This document shows positions 1 to 9,339 of a DNA stretch of 64,000 nucleotides, one piece after another. The stretch's first letter is position 1, and every line of letters starts with the position of its first letter. The notes under the pieces were generated by a model that was given only the letters and a program-made list of their open reading frames with translations, searched no databases and was not told the DNA's origin. The position numbers and the translations under genes were made by a program. Source of the stretch: Bugula neritina (taxonomy: Eukaryota; Animalia; Bryozoa); contig OZ037766.1 in the NCBI GenBank assembly GCA_964035545.1, positions 28,999,673-29,063,672 on the forward strand. Direction: 5' to 3'.

Positions 1-173
1 AATAAAATAGCAACACCGCACACATGAAGTTTTTATAAAGCTTCCAAACCCCTTTCTGACAAATAAATACAAAATTTAAATGTTTAAAGTATTCTTTGAG
101 TAAAATATAATTACTTCTTGAGAGCTCTAGGCAATCCCAAAACAACTATAGCTGATATATAGTTCTAACATAC

Positions 174-482
174 AGCTTTGAGTAAGGAGTAAACTGTTGC
201 TTGTAACTCTACAATAGTTTTCTGTTGAGTTTCAGATTCTTGCTGTTGAAGCTCTAATTCTTGCTGTAAAGCTTTATCTTTTAGGTGTAAGACTTCAACT
301 TGCTGCTGTAAAACTCTCTTTTGTTGATGATGCGTTTTATTCTGTTGTTTTAGAATAACAATCAGTTCTTCTCTTTGCTCTGCCAGCAACTCTCTAACAC
401 CCTCTACATCATAACTTCCAACACCAGCTGAGTATCCAATCAGACAACAGAGTGTGACCAAGGTTGCTACTGGAACACGCAT
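174..482 (-). CDS. First coding exon (signal peptide + Gln-rich coiled coil) of a short-chain collagen gene, 'MRVPV' type; rest of gene lies left of the window
   Basis: ORF 165..482 is closely similar to exon 1 of gene H (56312..56641). GT donor at 173 (GTATGT), phase 0, 103 codons. Flanks 1..1640 match about 56140..57650. Confidence 0.85.
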
Positions 483-924
483 TTTTATGGTGTTCTTTTA
501 ACAAAACTTTTATGAAATCAAAGCACAAGGACACATTCGAACTGTCTATAACACTTTCTTCTCGGGACCTCGTTAAGTAAAGCCTTCTGACTCACCTCTA
601 GCACACTATGATTAGAAACAGAGTTTATACAACTTTAATATTCACGAAGAGCCAATGATTAAGTCACATCTATTAGCTGGACCCAGCTGCTGTGTAATCA
701 ATCTCTCTACTTTATTCAGTTTGCTCATGAGATAGGAATAAGTCTTTTGTTACATTATTATAAAATATACATTTTATTGCCATTTGGTTTTGTACTGTAC
801 CTATTATCTTTCCAAAATAATACACAGTTTCTTCTTTTTTATTTAATTTGAATAATTTGCTTTTTAATTTTTAAACTGCAAATACTTGTTCAAAGATTCT
901 GGTTGCTTATAGGATTCTTATATA

Positions 925-1110
925 CATTGTTATTGTCTACTATCACTATATTGTTATTGTTTACTATCAATATATTGTTATTGTTTACTATCACTATATT
1001 GTTATTGTTTACTATCACTATATTATTATTGTTTACTATCACTATATTATTATTGTTTACTATCACTATATTGTTATTGTTTACTATCACCATATTGTTA
1101 TTGTTTACTA
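925..1110. repeat. 27-bp minisatellite (TATTGTTATTGTTTACTATCACTA-type), about 7 copies
   Basis: Visible tandem units. The paralogous position near 57075-57115 has only about 1.5 units. Explains spurious ORFs 890..1135 and 903..1154. Confidence 0.9.
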
Positions 1111-1478
1111 TCGCTACCCTGTTATTTTTTATCAATATTATAGGCCTACTATAGTTTTCATTTGGCTATTTTGTTATTTTCTGGCACTTGGTGATGCACT
1201 TTATTTTTGATTATGAACGTCATCACTATAGCTTTAAAACTATGTTTTACTTATAGAATGTGTACCATAACTTATAGCTGCACATTAAACTTATTATTTT
1301 TATAAAGTCACACGCCTAACCCAACACCTAACCAACCTAACCTTAACCTACCCCATCCAACTTTGGTGTAAAGAGGAAGTTATTAGAATTCCCTTTGACA
1401 TCAGTATTTATATATTTGAAAAACTCAACATTCTGATCTTATCATCTCATAGAAAAACTCAGTTTAAGAATTTTTTAT

Positions 1479-1640
1479 AGACTGTATATTGAGGTATTCA
1501 GTTTAAGAAGGAAGTTCCTAGTTCATATCAGCTCATAGAATAAATAATAATCATCAGTATTCAGTCACATTCAGTGTTATCTGATTCAATCATCAGTTCT
1601 GAGTACAAGTTTATTATCAGAATAATAGAAATATTTTATT
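1479..1640. repeat. Conserved ~160-bp intergenic spacer element of the array
   Basis: GAGGTATTCAGTT..GAAGGAAGTTCCTAGTTCATATCAGCTCATAGAATAA..ATCATCAGTATTCAGTCACATTCAGTGTTATCTGATTCAATCATCAG. Recurs at about 8764, 19432 (degenerate), 25550, 33053, 33533, 40201, 48810 and 57490. Confidence 0.85.
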
Positions 1641-1982
1641 CTTTTTAAGTAAACTCATGCATACTAATTTTAGGTATGCTTTGCTGTTATGTCATTTCTC
1701 TTTTACCTGAATTTAATGAAAAGCATTACCTGCTTTTACTTACTAACAGCATCCCAGCTGTTTTATTTGCTTTTTTCTATGAAAACTAAAATACTTTACA
1801 GTGGAAATATATTACACTTTTATTGCGACTAAAGCTATGGATAATGTTGTGTTTGAGATAACATTTTGTGTAACATAAAATGATATATTCTGATGAAGTA
1901 GTGAAAAATTGAAAGCCAGTGTCACAGACTTCATTGCTTACAAGTGATAAAAACTGTTGCACTTTTGCAATAGCAAGCTTGC

Positions 1983-4900
1983 TTATTTAGAACAAACAAC
2001 ACAAGTAAGCTGCTTCTTGTCATCATATGGTGGACAGTGTCCAGTAGTTCCATACCCTGAACAACCAGTTCTGACAAAGAAAAACAGAGCTCCATCTGTG
2101 TTGGCACTCATCCCTGTGATATACTCAGGATACTGATCTACACACTCATATGTAGTTGGTTTATAATCATATCTCGAAGTCATAAGGTATCCTGAAAACA
2201 CAAGCATATAAAACATTGTAAAGGAATTTAGACATGGGCTGTGTCTGTGAGCTTAAAACAGTGAATAATGTGCCAGCCAACAACAATGAAACTAGTAGTT
2301 GATATTATGTAGTATAAACCTATAATCACACCATTGTCTATACTACCATCTCTTATACATGCATTTCTAATTATAAGCTGCTATAGACCTACAGCACCTT
2401 CATATTCCTTTGTCCACCCAGTAGGACAAGATCTCTTGGCTGGAATCATCATAAGAGCTGGTCTGTTCTCTGTATAACATCTGGCACATGGTACATTCTG
2501 GTCATGAGCTGTACTGGGGAATATTCCATAATGTCTTTGAGATTGATATTCTACTCCACGAATCCCAGAACCAAGAAAACTGTCACCAGTGTATCCTCTG
2601 TTGTATTGTGGATCAGGGGGCATACACTGGTAGTTAACTCCACCTCCTGGAATGGAAAAAAATTCTCCACCAGCAAATCCTGAAAAAATAAAACTATTTC
2701 AATAGTATTAGAATGTACATATAGTTAGCAAAAATTGTCTAAACACTAAATAGTGATACAGTTAATTAAAGTGAGATAAAGTGAATAGATTTCTCAGCAG
2801 TAATTGCTGACTAATATTGTCATAGTTTTTATATACGATCAAAAGTTCTGCTATACGTAATAATAGTATAATCTGACTCACCTTCATAAAGCAAAGTTGA
2901 TTGTGAACCACAAGATTTTCTTCCCCATCTTACATAAACAGCACCTCCTTCATTATGTGCCACATTGCCAGGTGCTCCTTTTACTCCTTTCATCCCAGAA
3001 GCACCTTTTATTCCTGTAGGACCAGCTGCACCTGTAGCACCTTTTGCTCCTGGATTCCCATTTTTCCCAGGTATTCCAGAAACACCTCGAGTTCCATTGA
3101 CACCAGGTAAGCCAGGAACACCAGGTGATCCTAAATCTCCTTTAGCTCCTTTAGACCCAGGAACCCCTGTAAGTCCGGGACTACCAGGCAACCCATCTCT
3201 CCCTATTTATAAGACAGAGCCAAAAACAGTTTTATCCAAACACATTAAAGGCCTGGCCTCACGATCGTTATCCTCTCGTTATGACCAGCCGCCCACTCGT
3301 CAGACGAAACACATAATAGATAGTCCGTGAATGAGTCTTGCATGAGATACAAACAGCAGAAAAATGCCAAATGCAGAAATGTGGTAGAAATGAAATAATT
3401 ACTGTTGCTAAAATTTCATTGACCAATCAACTGGTGCTTATCGTCGATTTTGATTTTTCGTCTATCATCATCGGTGTGTGCACCCAACAAATATGATTTT
3501 GTTTGAATTCCTTTAAATTTTCTTGTACAATTGCTTTTACGTGTCAAATAGACAATTTCCTGTGATTCTCACGATTGTGAGGCCAGGCCTTTAATCATTG
3601 AATTTACAAAAAAACATTTGTATTCTGATATAAATGCTAGGTGATAAGTTAAGTTTCTCTCACCATCACGGCCGTTTGCACCATCTTTACCATCATCTCC
3701 ATCTTTACCATCCTTACCGTCTTTACCATCATCTCCACCTTTACCATCTTCTCCATCTCTACCATCTCTGCCGTCTTTACCATCTTTACCATCTTTACCA
3801 GAAATACCTCTAACTCCTATATAATTATCACATTGAAAATGTATGATTACAAAAGTAAGAATATTTCAGCCTTTTAATTTCCTACAATGTGTTTGCACTG
3901 CACCTTTACTATGCAAATACAAGCTCTTACAACAAAATGACATAATTATTACAGAATTGATATGTTACAAATATTCAAGCTGCATTATACTTAATCAAAT
4001 ATACATGTAAACACACTTTTAATATCAATATCTTTAATAATTTCTTTCATTTTGTGTATAATTGATGTAATAAAATATTTATAAACTTGATCTGTTAAAT
4101 TTTTTGATAATATAAACCTGAAAATGTATTATCCTTGCTCAAACTTTAATTGCCTAATTGCTTTTTGTCACTACAATTGATTAAAAGCCACTATTTTATA
4201 TAAACCATTCTTTATATAAATTTCCTATAAAATCTCAATATATTTCAATAAAGCTGCTGCAATCAAACCAGAAAACACGATCAAAGTAAAACTAGTTTGT
4301 CTAAACCTGTATATAATACTTAAAAAGGCCTCTAATTCAAAAAAAAATTACCATAAATACACAGCTGATCTAAAAAGTTATCAACTTCCTTTTCTTCCTC
4401 TTTTTCAAGAGAATCTGCAGTTGGCAACTTTCCATTGAGCAACTATAATAAATAATATTACACATTTCAATAATAGCTTTTATCTAAATTCATTGTGTTT
4501 GGGGTTGCAATTATGGTCACAGTGTATGAGTAATCCTAGCTATAACAAGTACACAAAATACTCCATTAAACTACTTGTAATTAGAATGTATTGTAAAGCT
4601 AAATATTTTCAACTCTAGATATAAATTGACTGACATAATTTGACCAGATTTCTTACGACAACTTAACATTGTTTTACTATTTTCTACTTGTAAATAATAA
4701 AAAGAAAAACCCTTCGAAACAGCTCAGTCAATCGACACTCAGAAAACAATCAATGGAGTTGGTTCAAAGTTGAACAGAATGACTTGCATTCCACATGCTG
4801 AATGCTTGAACTCATCTCTAAAATCAGACAGCTGTGAAGTAACAGCAGATGAAAGCATATAATAGCAGTGATGAGTGTGTACTCTTAGCTATAGTGTGAA

Positions 4901-5369
4901 CACTTTTAGCTACATGGGCGTAATGTGGGGGATAATTGCAAAAGCAGAAATATTATGAAGTATGTACTACTTTAATTGTTAGCAAAAACAATTCTTAAGC
5001 TAAAATAATTACTAAACCACTTTCTGTATATAATATATATAATAATGTTAATACACTTACAACATGCAGTAGTGAAAGTGTTGTGTGTTGTTGGGAAGTT
5101 ATCTGCTCCTGTTGTCTTTCTACCAAAAGCTGCAGCTCTCCTATCTGCAGCTGCTGATTTTCTATTTGCAGCTGCTGCTTTTCAATTTGTAGTTGCTGAC
5201 TTTCATTTTGCTGCCGAAAAACCTCTGCTAGTGTTTCCAACTTATTTTGTTGTTCTTCCAGAAACTCTTTAATATTTTCAACAGTACCACTGAGTATCCC
5301 CTCAGAAGAGTGAACTAGCAGTGTGCTTAGTGATATTAAGAGGAAAACTACAACATAATATACCAACAT
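1983..5369 (-). CDS. Short-chain collagen C4/spongin-like secreted protein, copy A (about 454 aa)
   Basis: Exons 5061-5369, 4352-4442, 3664-3816, 2882-3202, 2398-2679, 1983-2191. All introns GT..AG, phases 0,1,1,1,1, and the join is open. Contains Gly-X-Y repeats and the motifs GGAVYVRWGRKSC, NYQCMP, VPCARC, IPAKRSCPxGWTKEYEGYLM and CPPYDDKKQLTCVVCSK, typical of the spongin short-chain collagen NC1-like domain. Confidence 0.9.
3248..3591. mobile_element. MITE (non-autonomous DNA transposon) in intron 3 of gene A
   Basis: TIRs AAGGCCTGGCCTCACGATCGT / ACGATTGTGAGGCCAGGCCTT with TA on both sides. Absent from the same intron in B, C, D, E and H; present in F. Confidence 0.85.
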
Positions 5370-5842
5370 GTGTTTGATAGTCTTCAGTCAATTAACATGG
5401 TAATCTGGCATAAAAACAAGCTTGAGGATAATTCCCCCTGAGGTCAACAAAGTGTATTGCAGAAACCAATTTTATATAATATAGTAGCTATATAGTAATA
5501 TATAAGCTTGAGATTAACTCATCTTAAAGCCGACAAAGTGCAGAAACTATAACTATTATGTAATATAGTAGAAAGAAACTTTACACAATAGCCTACTATG
5601 TGAAAGCTAGATTATTATGTTATATGACCATTAAACTTGGTGATGTATTTATAAAAGCTCTAAATGTCTTTCTAACTTATCTTTGTATACTTAATTTGTT
5701 CAAGCGATGTGAATGTAGTAATTTTCATTGTAAGTTTCTAAAATCACAAAGTTGTTATATTACAGTGTTCCCTTATTTATCTCACTAAAGCAATCAAAAT
5801 ATCAAAAATCTTTATAATGTGTCATTGAATACCATACTTAAT

Positions 5843-5930
5843 ACAGTACTACAGTACTACAGTACTACAGTACTACAGTACTACAGTACTACAGTACTAC
5901 AGTACTACAGTACTACAGTACTACAGTACT
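5843..5930. repeat. (ACAGTACT)11 tandem repeat
   Basis: Perfect 8-bp units, flanked by a duplicated TGTCATTGAATACCATA (5820-5836 and 5948-5964). Confidence 0.95.
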
Positions 5931-6160
5931 ACATACCTTCATAATTATGTCATTGAATACCATACAACTTTTACAAATAACTCTTTTTCCAACCTATTGT
6001 ACTTGCGCATTTGAAACATTGTAACCACGTGAACCCACATTTACAGCTTTTTACGACAGTTAGAATCAATATCAATAACCTTATTTACCAACACCAGTAC
6101 AACTTGTCGGCGATGCTACAGAGACAAACTGTACAGAAACTAATATTGCTATAAACCAAC

Positions 6161-6362
6161 CTTTTTCAACAGTCTTCATCTTTGTGTCATTCCCTGTGAC
6201 TGTCTGACAGTCTCTAAGGTTTGTCAAAAATATGTATAATAGATATTCTATAGTGAAGCTGATACAGAGATCTGATTGGCTGATCTGTCCAGAATACAGC
6301 AACAAATTAAATAGCAGAAAAAGTGATAACATAGTTTTTCAGTTCCATATGTTAGCCAATCA
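6161..6362 (-). promoter_or_regulatory. Putative promoter and leader exon of gene A (two oppositely oriented CCAAT boxes, TATA-like element, short exon ending ATG AAG ACT GTT GAA AAA G|GT)
   Basis: The block is conserved upstream of every MLVYY-type gene (exon ends at 6161, 17306, 24659, 29187, 29590, 38095, 47751), always followed by a GT donor. Confidence 0.6.
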
Positions 6363-6479
6363 AAATTATGTGTCTTAAATAAGCCCATTCAATACCAAAT
6401 AATTTTGATAATCACACTATAGTATAATAAAATATAAACATCCCTTTTCACAAAGTCCTGAATTTATTATATAGAAAGC

Positions 6480-6665
6480 TGTAACTCCCTGACAACACTC
6501 TGCATAATTTTTATTCAAAGTGACCATAACTCCCTAACTACACTTTAAATATTTATACAAAGTGACCATAACTCTTTAATTATACTCCACATGTTTATAC
6601 AAGGTGACCATAACTCCCTGATTACACACTCTATATCTTTATACAAAGGGACCATAACTCCTTGC
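6480..6665. repeat. ~42-bp promoter-proximal minisatellite (CAAGGTGACCATAACTCC core)
   Basis: About 4 units here. Homologous arrays at about 17600-17710, 29860-30030, 38380-38530 and 48040-48300. Confidence 0.8.
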
Positions 6666-7679
6666 TGTTTTGTCAAAAACTCTTTTCTAAATGGTACGTC
6701 GCGATTGAATGGCACAAGTAGAGAGGATAACATACACGTTTAGCGACTATAAACATGTTTATAGTCGCTAAACTTTATTATAATAAACTTTCTAAAAACA
6801 GGGTATTTTGCAGAAGCTTTTTGTTGTAGTTAAGAAAAGTATTTTGTGATGAAAGCTTTTTGTGAAAGCTTTTGCATGAGCTTTTTTGTTAGTTGTTATT
6901 GAGTCAGTTTAGCTCAGTTTTTCTCATGGTAAAAATGCAGGCAACTTAAACTTTGTTGTCCGAATAATTGTTACAGTTTAGGTTTGAGTTTGAGTTTTTG
7001 TGAGAAATAAACTGTTGGCAATAAACAAAAAGTAGAGTTTTGGCCTGCTTCTGTATCCTCTATCCATTCTCCCTTCATTAAGTGAATTACAATATATACA
7101 AGCATCTGTGCCACTCAGCATCCGTGCTGTCACGGTATATATGTAAAAAGCTAGTTTGTGCTTTTTGTAGAATTGTTTTTATAGTCACTAAAGTTGATTA
7201 TATTCAACTTTTCAAAGCAGTGTACTCAAACTTTTCTAATTTATTAGGAAGCTGGGTAAAATCCTGTAAATAATCTTTCTTCAGACATTGTAGCTATGGT
7301 TTGTTATAATGCCTTAGGGCACAAACAATCAGTGAGACCATTAGGCTATTCAATTGTACATTATACCACTTTGAAATTTTGCAAATATAATAACAAACTG
7401 CTAGTTTATCAGCGATTTGCTTCAACTGAATGCTATTTCTTGACTTTTACGGTTACATTTCAAGCTGATGTTAAGTCAAAACTATGAAAATATCGTTGCG
7501 AATATTACAAATACGCATATACACATACCTCCACATGATTTTAGGTAAAACTGGCACACTAATATTTAATTTTCTCAGACCTCAAACCCAAACCCCTAAC
7601 TAGAAACTTAGACCTCAAATTCAAACCCCCAACTACCCACCCTAAATCCTAATATTGAAAATGTGCCATTTGCACACCC

Positions 7680-8572
<893 letters not shown>

Positions 8573-9339
8573 AAAATTTGTTATTTCAGACTGTCTGTAG
8601 TGCCATTGAAAATTTCCAAAACAGTTTTTAACATTTAAATTTTCAAACAAACTATGCAATAAAATTGTAGAACATACATCCAGGTAATTCTATTCAACCC
8701 CATATATCTTTCCAAATATGAAGTTTTTATGTTCCATAATGACAGTGTAGAACATAAGCTATTAAGCTATTCAACTGAGGAAGGAAGTTCCTGTTTCACA
8801 TCAGCTCATAGAATAACTAATAATCATCAGTATTCAGTCACATTCAGTGTTATCTGATTTAATCATCAACTCTCAGTACAAGTTTATTATCAAAATAATA
8901 GAAATATTTTGTTCTTTTCATGTAAACTCATGCAAACTAATTCTAGGTATGCTATCCTTTTATGTCATTGCTCTTGTGACCAAATCTTTTGATAGTAGGA
9001 ATTAGCTGCATTTACTTTGTAACCATATCAATTGCGTGTGTTTGAAAACCTTTACAATACTGCACACCATGGCCCTTGTACTGTCATAAGTGTACAATAA
9101 TTGGGTGCTGAGTTAGTGAAATCTAAAATGTTGGATTTGCAATAAAATTGTTAGTGGAGGAAGCTGTGTTCTTTGACATTGTGCAAACAAGTTCACTCTT
9201 TGAACTTTGTAGCTTGAAGCCATTTTATGGAAAGCTAAAAATTTAAGATTGCTTAAAGCTGCATGTACACAGGCCAATTTTTTCAGCCGATTTTGTACTT
9301 GCCGATTTCGCTATTGTTGATTAAAAAATCGCTTGCTGT

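Noticed and set aside
890-1154. Hydrophobic and Asn-rich repeat ORFs on both strands
   Set aside because: Products of the 27-bp minisatellite; the paralogous region lacks the expansion.
1315-1355. CCTAAC-like runs as interstitial telomere (also about 7580-7650 and 57292-57320)
   Set aside because: Too short and degenerate.
2965-3330. Plus-strand Pro-rich ORFs (also 54913-55191, 55222-55467, 42451-42633)
   Set aside because: Antisense shadows of Gly-X-Y exons.
5388-5390. In-frame TGA as selenocysteine
   Set aside because: No SECIS recognised, the position precedes a signal peptide, and copy E has lost the frame.
5424-5440. GGATAATTCCCC as an NF-kB site near the start codon
   Set aside because: Imperfect match, variable among paralogs, and probably inside the leader intron.
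6081-6332. ORFs containing QTVTGNDTKMKTVEKG as a separate small gene family (also 29071, 29558, 38036, 47611)
   Set aside because: They use non-ATG starts, have inconsistent ends and run through CCAAT/TATA-like sequence; better explained as promoter plus leader exon.
6480-6665. Repeat-spacer-like pattern resembling a CRISPR array
   Set aside because: The intervening sequences are similar to each other (degenerate minisatellite), there are no cas genes, and the context is eukaryotic.
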